64,000 nucleotides of DNA from an uncultured Chloroflexia bacterium (GTDB lineage Bacteria; Chloroflexota; Anaerolineae; B4-G1; SLSP01), in assembly GCA_963751345.1 (NCBI GenBank), contig CAVVUS010000001.1:15235-79234 (forward strand), in the 5' to 3' direction. The notes beneath the pieces are model-generated. The model worked only from the letters and a program-made list of their open reading frames with translations. It did not search any database and was not told where the DNA came from. Of this stretch, positions 53,966 through 64,000 are shown piece after piece. Both the position numbers and the translations under genes were made by a program. Each line of letters opens with the position of its first letter. Positions within the stretch are counted from its first letter, which is position 1.

Positions 53966-55186
53966 ATGGGTGTCATAGAGTTCGACAGAGTCTCAAAGAA
54001 GCTGTCGCTACAGCACAACCAATCCAACTCCTTTCGAGAGGCGCTCATCCGTCTTGCCCACTTCCGGCGCCGGGAACCGGTGAAGGAGGAGTTCTGGGCA
54101 CTTCGGGATATCAGCTTCGAGATTGAGCCCGGCCAGACGGTAGGCTTCATCGGACCAAACGGTGCGGGGAAGAGCAGCCTGCTCAAACTCATCGCAGGGA
54201 TCTATGAGCCCACGTCGGGGCGCCTCAACGTCGAAGGTCGCGTGGCCGCCCTCCTGGAGTTAGGCACTGGCTTCCACCCCGAGCTGAGTGGCCGGGAGAA
54301 CATCTATCTCTCCGGGGCGATTATGGGCCTCGATCGTGCGAAAATCGACCAGAGCTTGGATGCCATCGTCGCGTTTTCGGGGCTCGAGCGCTTCATTGAT
54401 GCGCCAGTGAAGCATTACTCATCCGGAATGTATGTCCGATTGGGTTTCTCCGTCGCGATCCACGTACAGCCGACTATCCTGCTCATCGACGAAGTGCTCT
54501 CTGTGGGTGACCAGAGCTTTCAGGCGCGCTGTCTTGAGCGGATCACGTCGCTCCAGCAGCAAGGCGTCACCATCGTTCTCGTGTCGCACGACCTGGGATC
54601 GGTCCGGAGGATCTGTCGCCGCTGCATCTGGCTGGAGAAGGGGATCCTCAAATACGATGGTGAGACGGAGACCACACTTAACAACTACCTCTCGAGCGTG
54701 TGGTCCAGGGAACAGGCATTCGGATGAGCCCATGGCGCAGCTCGGCAGGCGCTGGGGATCGGGCGAGGCGGTCATGGAAAGGGTGGAGTTTCTTCGGCTC
54801 CAACGGGAATGCCTCTGCCACGTTCCGTACGGGAGGCCTTTTATGGCGCGAATGTGGTACCGGGCAGACCGTCGGATTGAGCTCCCCAACCTTTGGAACG
54901 GCCATATACCGAGATGACGGAACTCACGTAACGGGCCCCAACACGGCAATTACCAGCTACGAAATGGCGCACATCGAGGGCAGCGGATACGTGGACTATA
55001 TGATTGACCGACTCCCACTGGTTCCCGGCGACTATGAGTTCACTGCCGCTATCTACGACTACCACTCCGTTCATCCCTATGACCACCGACATCGGCAGTT
55101 CGCTTTCAGGGTGGTCGCCTGGCGAGAACCGTGAGATGGAGGGAGTAGTATCGATCCCTTGTCGCTGGTCACATGTCGCTCATTAG
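53966..55186 (+). CDS. wzt: Wzt-type polysaccharide ABC exporter ATPase with C-terminal Wzt_C domain (frameshifted)
   Basis: FWALRDISF, GPNGAGKS, FHPELSGREN, YSSGMYVRLGF, IDEVL.VGD; C-terminal RWGSG..., L.PG.Y...AIY. Confidence 0.9.
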
Positions 55187-55226
55187 AAATGCAGCTGCTC
55201 AGGAGAGCATCTTTGAGGGCACATGT

Positions 55227-56213
55227 ATGAAGACTCGGACTCGCGGTCCAGTTGCTGACCACTCACAGAGTGTCTCGCTAATCGTCCTGAACTGGAACGG
55301 CAAGCGGCATCTGCTCGCATGTCTGGCATCACTCGCCAGAATGGACTACCAGGATTACGAGATCCTCTTGGTTGATAACGGTTCCACAGATGGCAGTCTA
55401 GAGCTGGTGCCCTTCGAATTTCCCAGCGTAAAGATCATCAAGAGTGGGCGCAATCTGGGCTATGCAGCGGGGATGAACGTCGGTATTGCGAGCGCTGAAG
55501 GTGAGATCGTTGTGCTTCTCAACAACGACATTATCGTCGAGCCAACGTTGCTCACTGAGCTGATGATCATATTCACCTCGGATAGACACGTTGGCATCGC
55601 AGGCTGCAAGATTCTGTACCCGAACGGCACGCTGATCCAGCATGCTGGTGGATTCGTTTCCTTCCCCCTCGGATACGCCGATCACTACGGATATCGTGAG
55701 GAGGATGATGGCTCGTACGATACACAGACCGATGTGGGATTCGTCACCGGCGCTGCTATGGCGGTTCGCCGAGCCGTGTTCAACGACATCGGGTGCTTGG
55801 ACACCGGGTTCCGCCCGGCGTACTACGAGGATGTGGATCTATGCTATCGCGCCCGCCAGGCAGATTGGCGCGTGGTCTATGTCCCCCGTGCCCGCCTGGT
55901 CCACTTCGAGTCTGCCACGTCCGTCCGGGACAGCGAGCCCTATTTCACGTGGTTTCATCAAGGACGGCTTCGGTTTGTGCTAAAGTATCTCAGCGAACAG
56001 AGGTTCTTGCGGGAGTTCGTCCCCGCAGAAAGGGAGCGCTTCTCTCAGCTGACGCTTGCCGGTGAGCGCCGGGCCGTCAAGCGAGCCTACAAGTCCTCCC
56101 TACGTATGCTGCCGACCATCTTCACGGAGCGGCTGGGCACCAGCGACTCTGCCTTTTCCAGCCTACAATGGGTGGCTGAGGCTCTCGGCAACCTGCATGC
56201 GCAGGCGGTCTGA
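55227..56213 (+). CDS. GT2 glycosyltransferase (rhamnosyltransferase-like)
   Basis: IVLNWNG, VDNGSTDGS, NLGYA.G.N, LNND, YYEDVDLC. Confidence 0.9.
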   Translation: MKTRTRGPVADHSQSVSLIVLNWNGKRHLLACLASLARMDYQDYEILLVDNGSTDGSLELVPFEFPSVKIIKSGRNLGYAAGMNVGIASAEGEIVVLLNNDIIVEPTLLTELMIIFTSDRHVGIAGCKILYPNGTLIQHAGGFVSFPLGYADHYGYREEDDGSYDTQTDVGFVTGAAMAVRRAVFNDIGCLDTGFRPAYYEDVDLCYRARQADWRVVYVPRARLVHFESATSVRDSEPYFTWFHQGRLRFVLKYLSEQRFLREFVPAERERFSQLTLAGERRAVKRAYKSSLRMLPTIFTERLGTSDSAFSSLQWVAEALGNLHAQAV

Positions 56214-56325
56214 CAGCTGCAGGCAGCGTTGTGGCAGCTTTGCCGAAGTCCCGTGTATGGGCTGTGTTTTGCGCAACGAGGACCGCGTTTACGAGTGCCA
56301 TAGCAAGCCCGTAATGAGGTGACGT

Positions 56326-56718
56326 ATGCTGACCGACGCAGATCTATTCAAGGAATTGCGAGACCGACAGGAAGTTCGCGAACAGAGCTTCGTGTCCGCT
56401 CTACCCGTCCTCGGCTCCCTCATTGTATGGTTCCGTACGCAGTGGAACAATGTAGCTACACGTTGGTATGTTCTGCCTCTCATACGGCAGCAGAACGAAT
56501 TCAACCGTCAGCTCGTTAGCACGCTCGAGACGACGCTCCAGGACCTGCACGAACAGCTCACTGTCCTGGAACAGAATATGGCGAACCTGGATACAGATCA
56601 GGTGACCCTGGCAAGGGACCTGGCCGAGACGCGGTATCAGTTGATACGGACACGTCGGAAAGTCGACACGCTTCATCCGCCGATGTCGGCGGCCTCCGAC
56701 GACCCCACTACAGAGTGA
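56326..56718 (+). CDS. small amphipathic/coiled-coil hypothetical protein
   Basis: PVLGSLIVWFR..WN..ATRWYVLPLIRQQNEFN plus heptad repeats; RBS GAGGTG. Confidence 0.7.
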   Translation: MLTDADLFKELRDRQEVREQSFVSALPVLGSLIVWFRTQWNNVATRWYVLPLIRQQNEFNRQLVSTLETTLQDLHEQLTVLEQNMANLDTDQVTLARDLAETRYQLIRTRRKVDTLHPPMSAASDDPTTE

Positions 56719-57900
56719 TGCTTCGACTGGCGTACTTCAGCCCTATGCCCCCGCAACAGACGGGAATTGCGGATTATAGCGCGGATCTTCTGCCTCATCT
56801 GGCATCTCTTGCCGAGGTCACGCTGTTCGTCGACAGCTCAATCTTGCACTTAGCCACCAAACCCGCGAATGCCGTGGTCTCGAATATGGAGGACTATCAG
56901 TCGCATAGATGGAACTATGATATGGCCATCTACCAGATCGGCAATAGCCTCTACCATGAGGCAATCTACTCAGCTGCTGTGAGCGCCCCTGGGATTACCG
57001 TTCTGCACGATTACACACTACATCACTTCGTAGCTTCCATGACGGCTGGCAGAGGTGACTTCCCCGCGTACCTTCGAGAGATGAGCTATGAGCAAGGCAT
57101 ACAAGGAGCGTCAGAGGCTTGGGAGATCAAGGAAGGCGCGCCCACGCGCCTATACGAAGTACCGCTGACCGCACGGCTGATCGACGGAAGCCTGGGAACG
57201 ATTACGCATAGCAGCTATGCCAAGCACCTGATGGAGATCCGGCATCCAAGCAGCAGAATCACAAAGATTCATCAGCCGATCCCCCTGCCCCCCTTCCGCC
57301 AGAAGTCGGACTTGAGATTTGAGTTGGGGATCCCTCAGGATGCATTTGTTGTGATCACATGTGGGGCAGACACACCTGAGAGACGACTGGATCTCGTGCT
57401 GAGTGCACTGGACGCGTATAGGGAGACCCATACCAACGTGATTTGGCTGAAGACAGGTCTGCCTAGCGCATTGAAAGGCCAGCCACCGACAGTAACCATA
57501 CCACAGGCATGGATTCGTGAGATCGGGTACGTAAGCGAACTGCGCAAGCTCAACGATCTGCATGATGGCGAGTGACGTGTGCATCAACTTACGACATCCT
57601 ACGGCAGGAGAAACATCCGCGAGTTGCTTGAGAGCCCTGGCCACAGGCATACCTGTGATTGTGTCCGACGAAGGCTGGTATCGTGAGCTGCCGCCCGAGT
57701 GTTGTCCCCGGATCATACATGACGGGTCCGAGGTGCAGCAACTCCACACCATCCTGGAAGCATGGACTGCAACTGAACCTGCCCGAATCGCTGCAGGTGA
57801 GTCGGCTCGACAATACATCGCCGGCAGCTACGCACCGCAGACCGCCGCTCTTGCATATGTGGACTTTGTTCAGAGTGTCTTGACAACAGAGGTGCCGTGA
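56715..57900 (+). CDS. GT4 glycosyltransferase (frameshift near 57560)
   Basis: AYFSP.PPQ.TGIADYS, YQIGNS..H, LHD..LHH, NLRHPT.GETS. Confidence 0.85.
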
Positions 57901-58322
57901 TGAATGATCGGATAGAACTGGATGATCAGGCCGAGATCAACGTAGAAGAGATCATGAGACGTATACAGGAGTACATCGCCGAACGCAGAACACAGGAGGA
58001 CCTGCAGACCGTTCTGGCACTCGATCTCAACCTTGTAGGCAACCTCTCACCCGACCTCTATGAGCATATGACGCAAGCGATACGAGCGAACGCGAGTCTT
58101 GGTGTAGAGTCCGACGCTCGGCGCACACGTGTCCCGGTGGTGGGCTCAGTTCTTGACGTGGTGAGGCGCAATATTCACCAACTGGTGCTTTTCTACGTGA
58201 ACAAGGCCATTGTCAAGCAGATAGCCGTCAATTCGGAGATTCTCAAGGCCTTCGGATATCTGGTCGCTGAATTGGAACAGCTAAGAGCAACGCAAGCGAA
58301 GACGGATCCAGAAGCCCAATGA
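57897..58322 (+). CDS. small amphipathic/coiled-coil hypothetical protein
   Basis: INVEEIM.RI, PVVGSVL..VRR..HQLVLFYVN....Q..VN; resembles 56326-56718. Confidence 0.7.
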   Translation: MMNDRIELDDQAEINVEEIMRRIQEYIAERRTQEDLQTVLALDLNLVGNLSPDLYEHMTQAIRANASLGVESDARRTRVPVVGSVLDVVRRNIHQLVLFYVNKAIVKQIAVNSEILKAFGYLVAELEQLRATQAKTDPEAQ

Positions 58323-59497
58323 AAGTCGCTTTCGTCCCGCCATGGTATGGTACCAACATACCCGGAGGTGCGGAATCCGAGGTGCGGCGAACCGCGGAGC
58401 ATCTCCACGCAGCTGGCGTTTCTGTGGAGGTACTCACAACCTGTGTAAGAGACTTCCATTCCGACTGGAGCCACAACTATCATCGACCGGGGACGACTGT
58501 GGAGAACAGCGTGCCTGTACGTAGGTTCCCGGTGCAGCGCCGCAATCGCGCGGCTTTTGACAAGGTCAACTGGCGGCTAATGAACGGTCAGATGGTGACG
58601 CAGGCAGAAGAACGAACCTACTTGGAGGAGAATGTTCGGAGCTTGGCTCTAGAACAGTACATAGCAGACCACATCGATGAGTACATCTATGTGTTCATCC
58701 CCTACTTGTTTGGCACGACTTACTGGGGATTGCAGGCCTGTCACGGCAGAGCGCTACTGATTCCCTGCCTGCATAACGAATCCTACGCCCGAATGGGTAG
58801 GCTCAAGGATATGTTCCAGCAGGTACAGCTACTAATCCTAAACGCTGAGGCAGAAAGGCGGTTCGCGAGGGCGCTATACCGGCTCCCCTCTGAGAAGATG
58901 GTCCTGATGGGCTTGGGTGTAGACACTGACTGGACCTCGAACGCCGAGAAGTTCCGCAATGACTATCACCGGCACAGTCCATTCATCCTCTACGCGGGAC
59001 GAAAGGGAAAAGGGAAAAACGTCGAGACTTTGGTCAGCAACTTCTCTCGGTATCGCCGGACTCACAACAGGGATGTCGATCTTGTGACCATCGGGAGCGG
59101 TACCCTTGAGCTTGCCGAGACGGAGAACAGCCACGTGTATGACTTGGGGTTCGTCTCTTCGGCCGACAAACACAACGCCTATGCCGCCGCAAGCCTCCTA
59201 TGCCAGCCATCTCTACACGAGAGCTTCTCGATTGTGATCATGGAGGCCTGGCTGGCAGGGACGCCGGTTCTCGTCCATGGGAAGTGCGAAGTAACCAAGG
59301 AGCACTGCATACGCAGCAACGGCGGCCTGTTCTTCACCAACTACGACGAGTTCGAAGCCTGTGTGGACCTTATGCTCGATAGCGACAAACTGCGCACTGC
59401 ACTCGCAACCAACGGCCAACGCTACGTGATGGATAACTATCACTGGGACGTCATTACCGCACGCTATCGCCGGCTGTTTGAGGATCTGGGGGTGTAG
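58319..59497 (+). CDS. GT4 glycosyltransferase
   Basis: PWYG..IPGGAE, LTTC, YAGRK..GKN, ESFSIVIMEAW. Confidence 0.9.
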   Translation: MKVAFVPPWYGTNIPGGAESEVRRTAEHLHAAGVSVEVLTTCVRDFHSDWSHNYHRPGTTVENSVPVRRFPVQRRNRAAFDKVNWRLMNGQMVTQAEERTYLEENVRSLALEQYIADHIDEYIYVFIPYLFGTTYWGLQACHGRALLIPCLHNESYARMGRLKDMFQQVQLLILNAEAERRFARALYRLPSEKMVLMGLGVDTDWTSNAEKFRNDYHRHSPFILYAGRKGKGKNVETLVSNFSRYRRTHNRDVDLVTIGSGTLELAETENSHVYDLGFVSSADKHNAYAAASLLCQPSLHESFSIVIMEAWLAGTPVLVHGKCEVTKEHCIRSNGGLFFTNYDEFEACVDLMLDSDKLRTALATNGQRYVMDNYHWDVITARYRRLFEDLGV

Positions 59498-59499
59498 TA

Positions 59500-60573
59500 G
59501 TGGGTATTCCGCAGCCGGTAAGCATCATGACGGCTTCGCTCACGCCCGGAGACGCCATTGGAAACTATGTCCTGACGCTCAAGCGACTCCTTGAGAAAAG
59601 CGGCGTTGAGGTGCAGCTCTACGCGGATCACATCGAGCCGCACTTTGGGACCATTGCTCGTCCGGCTACGGATTACCGACCCGGTCCAGGGACCCTATGG
59701 TACCATTACTCCATATATGCCGACAGCATCGCGCAGATAGACAAGCCCGCAGAGGCCAAGATCATCGACTATCACGGCGTAAGCCCTCCAAGGCTATTCG
59801 GGGACTACGACTCTCGCCTCAGCGAATTGTGCAGACGCGGGGAGGCCGAGCTGCTGCATTACAGCAAGGCATTCAACCTCAGCATCGTCCATTCGGACTA
59901 TACCAGGCAGGAGTTGCTCAGATTGGGGTTCGACAACGTCAGAAGACTCCCTCTGGTGGTAGACACAAGCCGGTTCTCAGGGTCTGAGGATGTCGCCCTA
60001 TCGGGGTGGCTGAGTAGACTCTCCTACCTCCTGTTCGTCGGTCGCATCGTGCCACAGAAAGACATTCTATCTATGCTCAAGGTGTTTCGGTTCTTCCATC
60101 AGGCACAGCCCGAAGCGGTACTCGTCCTTGCAGGAGGACGCCATCTAGCTCCTCGCTATCAGAGGGAGATTGACCGGGAAGTTAGGTGCCACCGGCTAGA
60201 GGACCGCGTGCTCTTCACAGGGCAAATCAACAGGCCTACGATGCTCACCAGTCTCTATAGACATGCCCAGTTCACCCTGATAACGTCAGAGTGGGAGAGT
60301 TTCTGTGTCCCTATCGTCGAGTCTATGGCGTTCGGAACACCTCTCGTCGTGCACGACATACCCCCCTTGCCGGAGGTGATGGGCAGAGCGGGCATTGTTA
60401 TCGACAAGGGGAGACCCGCAGCAGCAGCAACAGCAATCAACGAACTATGGCATGGTCAAGCCAACTACCCGGATCTTGTGCAGTCATGCATCCAACGCGC
60501 CGGAGCCTTCACCGAGGTGGCCCTCGCGTCCCAACTCCAGGCACTACTTGAGGACGTCTTCAGAGATGTCTGA
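59500..60573 (+). CDS. GT4 glycosyltransferase
   Basis: GDAIGN, YHG..P, FVGRIVPQK, ESFCVPIVESM. Confidence 0.9.
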   Translation: MGIPQPVSIMTASLTPGDAIGNYVLTLKRLLEKSGVEVQLYADHIEPHFGTIARPATDYRPGPGTLWYHYSIYADSIAQIDKPAEAKIIDYHGVSPPRLFGDYDSRLSELCRRGEAELLHYSKAFNLSIVHSDYTRQELLRLGFDNVRRLPLVVDTSRFSGSEDVALSGWLSRLSYLLFVGRIVPQKDILSMLKVFRFFHQAQPEAVLVLAGGRHLAPRYQREIDREVRCHRLEDRVLFTGQINRPTMLTSLYRHAQFTLITSEWESFCVPIVESMAFGTPLVVHDIPPLPEVMGRAGIVIDKGRPAAAATAINELWHGQANYPDLVQSCIQRAGAFTEVALASQLQALLEDVFRDV

Positions 60574-61753
60574 TGGCGAATTGCGCGTCGCGTTCGTGGT
60601 GCAACGCTATGGGCTTGAGGTCAACGGTGGCGCAGAACTCAGCTGTCGATGGGTCGCCGAGCACTTAGTCCGCTATGCCAAAGTCCATGTCCTCACCACC
60701 TGCGCTCAGGACTACACGCTTTGGGACAACACGTATCCGGTTGGCGCCGAGACTCTGAATGGTGTCGAGGTACATCGCTTTCCAGTCGACTTCCCCCGCA
60801 AGCCACAGTCGTTCGCTCGTACCACGGAGATGGTGCTTACTCAACCGCACAGCTATCCTGACGAACTGAGATGGATGGCTGAGCAAGGACCGGTCTCGAG
60901 TGCTCTTCTTTCAGAGATTGAGCGCAGGCGAGACGACTTCGACGTATTCTTCTTCTTTACATACCTGTATGCGACGACATTCTACGGCATACAGCTGGTG
61001 CCTGAGAAAGCCATACTGGTACCCACAGCTCACGACGAGCCAACACTATATCTCTCAATCTTCCGCTCGGTGTTCCAGCTGCCCCGCTTCATCGTCTACC
61101 TCACTCAGGCCGAGCGACGGCAGGTTCACAACGTATTCCACAACGAAGCAGTTCCTTCCGTAGTCGTTGGTTCAGGCATTGACGTGCCCGCAGAAGTTGA
61201 TCCGGCTCGCTTTCGAAGGAAGTACGGTGTCGATGGAAACTTCATCCTCTATGTCGGTCGCTTGGATGAATCAAAGAACCTCGGAGAGCTAATCGCATCC
61301 TTCCACCGGTACAAAGCGTCCTCGGGCAATAGTGTAAAGCTGGTGCTGCTGGGCAAGGGGCCATACGTCGTTCCCAGACAGGATGACATCCGACCTCTGG
61401 GTTTCGTATCCGAAAACGACAAGTTCGATGCTCTGTCGGCGAGTTCCGTGTTGGTCTTGCCGTCGCGGTACGAAAGCCTCTCGATGGTTCTGCTCGAGGC
61501 ATGGCTGATGAGCAAGCCGGTACTTGTGAACGGCTCGTGTGAGGTTCTGCGAGAACAATGCCTGAAGAGCAACGGCGGCCTCTACTACCAGGACAATCAG
61601 GAATTCACGATAGCGCTGGATCTGATACTTCATAACCCGAGGCTTCAGAGGGAGATGGGCCGCAGGGGCAACCAGTTCGTACTACGGGAGTACAACTGGC
61701 AGACAGTGGAGTCGAAATATCTTTACGCGATATCGCGGTGCTTGGGCGTCTGA
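60566..61753 (+). CDS. GT4 glycosyltransferase
   Basis: VQRYG.EVNGGAE, LTTCA.DY, PTAHDE, YVGR...KN, ESLSMVLLEAW. Confidence 0.9.
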   Translation: MSDGELRVAFVVQRYGLEVNGGAELSCRWVAEHLVRYAKVHVLTTCAQDYTLWDNTYPVGAETLNGVEVHRFPVDFPRKPQSFARTTEMVLTQPHSYPDELRWMAEQGPVSSALLSEIERRRDDFDVFFFFTYLYATTFYGIQLVPEKAILVPTAHDEPTLYLSIFRSVFQLPRFIVYLTQAERRQVHNVFHNEAVPSVVVGSGIDVPAEVDPARFRRKYGVDGNFILYVGRLDESKNLGELIASFHRYKASSGNSVKLVLLGKGPYVVPRQDDIRPLGFVSENDKFDALSASSVLVLPSRYESLSMVLLEAWLMSKPVLVNGSCEVLREQCLKSNGGLYYQDNQEFTIALDLILHNPRLQREMGRRGNQFVLREYNWQTVESKYLYAISRCLGV

Positions 61754-62114
61754 TGGAGGAGTCTTGGTAAGCATCGGCGCGCTTCCCTTCGTGATGGCAG
61801 TCCTGTGTGGCATCTGGCTGACCGGACGTCTTATCCAGGTTCTGGATACCAACAACGAGCATCACCTCCCCTTGCTCAATAGTGTGGAGCGAGCCTTCGC
61901 TGCGTTCCTCGCCCTTATCCTAGCAACGTCTTGGTTCGGCTTGGTCCTGGCGGAGCTCGGGCAGTTCTCTCCTGCTACTCTTACGCTAATGCTACTCGTA
62001 GTTGATCTGAGTATGGCGGCAGGCTTGCGTCTTGCTGGGGTCCATCTCTGGCGGCGACCCGAGTCACGCGTCGACCACTACGGGCCGGCGGCATTCGTAC
62101 TCGTCATATTACTG

Positions 62115-63936
62115 TGTTTTTGCTAATCTAAAAGGGGCTCTTCCGCAATTTCCGTGAAAAGCTCATACGACCGGGCGAGCCAGCACTCGGGCGCGCAGGA
62201 GATCGAACTTCGCCCGACCGTACATTTGGCGTTTGATCAGCTTCAGGCGGTTGATCTGCCCCTCTGTTTGACCATTGCTCCAGGGGAGCACCAGTGCAGC
62301 GTGCACGGCGGCCTTGTCTTGAGTCAAACTGCGGGCCAAACCGCGGAGCTCCGGGATCTGATAGGTTTGAACTGCCTCCAGCCAAGGGCCGAGCGCTTTC
62401 GAAATACGTTCGCGAATGATGCGTATCAGGGCTTGCCCGAAGTTGTAAGCCCGGCGCACAACTGGACTGACCTCCAACATACGCGCTAGCGCCGTTTGCT
62501 GATCCGCACTGAGCGTCTCCGGTGCTTTGACCAGCAGCCACACGGCATAGCGTGACGACCAGGGGCGCACCTTCGCCGGCTGTGGAGCTACATCAGATAC
62601 TCCGACTACTGTATCCGTAGACGTCGGCGTGGCGCGGCGCTTCTGGGCTACCCATATCGCCAAGCGAGAGCGTGAGCCCTGATATCCCTGCGGCTGAATC
62701 TCCCGGTATAGTTGCATTCCATTGTGCTCCCCCGCAGCCCACCGCTGTTCCAGGTACAGTAGATAGGGATCCAGAATGCTGCGGAGCTTGTGCCGTTGGG
62801 CCATCTCGGGAAACCCTTCACTCTCAATGTAGCGGCGAATCGTCTTCCGATCCAGGCCCGCTTCTCGCGCAATGGTAAGCACTCCCTGCGCCTTGACGAT
62901 GCAACTCCATCACACGCTGGTAGCGCTCTACGCGGCGTTCGCGGGTAGCCTGCCGGCGTTGCTCTTGTCGAGTCTGACGGATATCCTTACTCCCCTCCGA
63001 TGCATCTGTGCGGTTCGTGTCGGGCATTGGAGTTGGTGGTTCTGGGCCGGCTGTCTCGCGGAGCGTGGCAGCGGCATATAGACACTCCCGATGTTGCTCC
63101 AAGAGCCGTTCCAGAGCCTCGCGCAAGTTCTGCAACAGGTGCCAACGATCTGCCACTTGGGTAGCATTGGGTGCGCCGCGAGTCGCCCCATCAATGTACT
63201 CCGCACCGCGGTCCCGGCTGATGATCTCTACACTGGGGTGCGCCTGCAGCCACACGACCAGGCTGTCGGCACGGCGATCCGCAAGCAGGTCAATGGGGCA
63301 GCGCCGCTCCAAGTCCACAACCAATGTCCCGTACCGTTGGCCCTTGCGCCAAGCCCAGTCATCGACTCCAATGACGCGCGGCGGCGGTGGCGCGTCTCCG
63401 GGCAGACGACGGACTAGCCGCAGGAGCGTGTCGGGACTGACCGGCATCCCGAGGCCATACAAGACAACGGCACCGGCTTCACCCCCTGTCATCAGAGCTA
63501 CTTGGCGTTGCTTTGAGGCCAGGCGGTTGGTACGCCTGGCAAAGGGCTCCAGAAAGCCGGAGAAGCGCTCGGCGAAGGTCTTCCGTGGACACGCAGGGTT
63601 ATCACAGAAGAAGCGCCGCACCTCAATGTTCAGCCGTATCCGAAATCCCACGCATGAGAGATCCGCCGGTCGACGCCAGTACTGACTGTGCACCCGCTGT
63701 GACAGATGCTGACATTCCGGGCAGACCGCACCAGGTGCATCCGACGCAACCACGACCACGAGCACATCTTCCTCAAGCTCAATGTCCTCAACCATCAGAC
63801 CGTCTGTCTCAGCCAACAGCAGTTGGTCCAGCATCTTCGAGCTCTCCCCGCAACCGGATAAATGCTCATTCTATCCCGTTGCTCACGCGCCTTTCACGCA
63901 AAGTGCGGGAGAGCCCCTTTTGGGTTGACAAGAACA
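62115..63936 (-). mobile_element. ISL3-related insertion sequence with TG...CA ends, ~45-bp IRs and 6-bp target duplication
   Basis: Left end TGTTTTTGCTAATCTAAAAGGGGCTCTTCCGCAATTTCCGTGAAA; right end (revcomp) TGTTCTTGTCAACCCAAAAGGGGCTCTCCCGCACTTTGCGTGAAA; TTACTG at 62109-62114 and 63937-63942. Confidence 0.9.
62163..63834 (-). CDS. ISL3-family transposase, long type (frameshift near 62885)
   Basis: CPEC...RRFFC.N..C, GVDDWA, YGT..VDL, SRDR...Y, VADRWHL, SNGQTEG.INRLK.IKR.MYGR. Confidence 0.92.
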
Positions 63937-64000
63937 TTACTGGGCATTCTCTATGCTCGCCCGGGGGAATGGATAACCGGCGGATCTGATCCTGGCTCGT

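Larger units (their letters stand above)
61764..64000 (+). pseudogene. GT-C membrane glycosyltransferase gene interrupted by an IS (continues beyond window)
   Basis: Removing 62115-63942 restores the frame ..VILL-GILYARPGEWITGGSDPGS, homologous to LFFHPHEFILGGADAGVY of the 49971-52123 gene. Confidence 0.82.

Noticed and set aside
62136-63915. IS boundaries at the inner GGCTCT...AGAGCC
   Set aside because: No target duplication there; the IR similarity extends 21 bp further out to TG...CA, where the TSD and frame restoration fit.

Overview
GC-rich bacterial chromosome segment. Gene content and protein style (Tal-Pgi fusion, V/A-type ATPase, several GT-C membrane glycosyltransferases, RpoD paralogue, short intergenic repeats) suggest an anaerobic Chloroflexota/Anaerolineae-like organism (inference). 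Many genes carry single-base frameshifts, most likely uncorrected long-read errors, so coordinates are merged across them. Left to right: GT-C gene; sugar-acid catabolic operon (epimerase, DHDPS-like, enolase, Tal-Pgi); response regulator-HPP-DksA/TraR-sigma70 cluster; encapsulin operon; URO-D/sulfatase/methyltransferase/GNAT genes; glycoside hydrolase; split purH; complete V/A-ATPase operon plus USP; a long catabolic run (31-47 kb); two divergent surface-glycosylation operons carrying two intact-looking IS elements. The best candidate for a new system is at 10.77-12.46 kb: a family 1 encapsulin with a nearly absent E-loop, next to a tandem bacterioferritin-like cargo ending in LTVGSLK. The cargo keeps the heme-ligating Met in both halves but has a near-complete ferroxidase centre only in the first. 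No rRNA, tRNA or CRISPR array was recognised.
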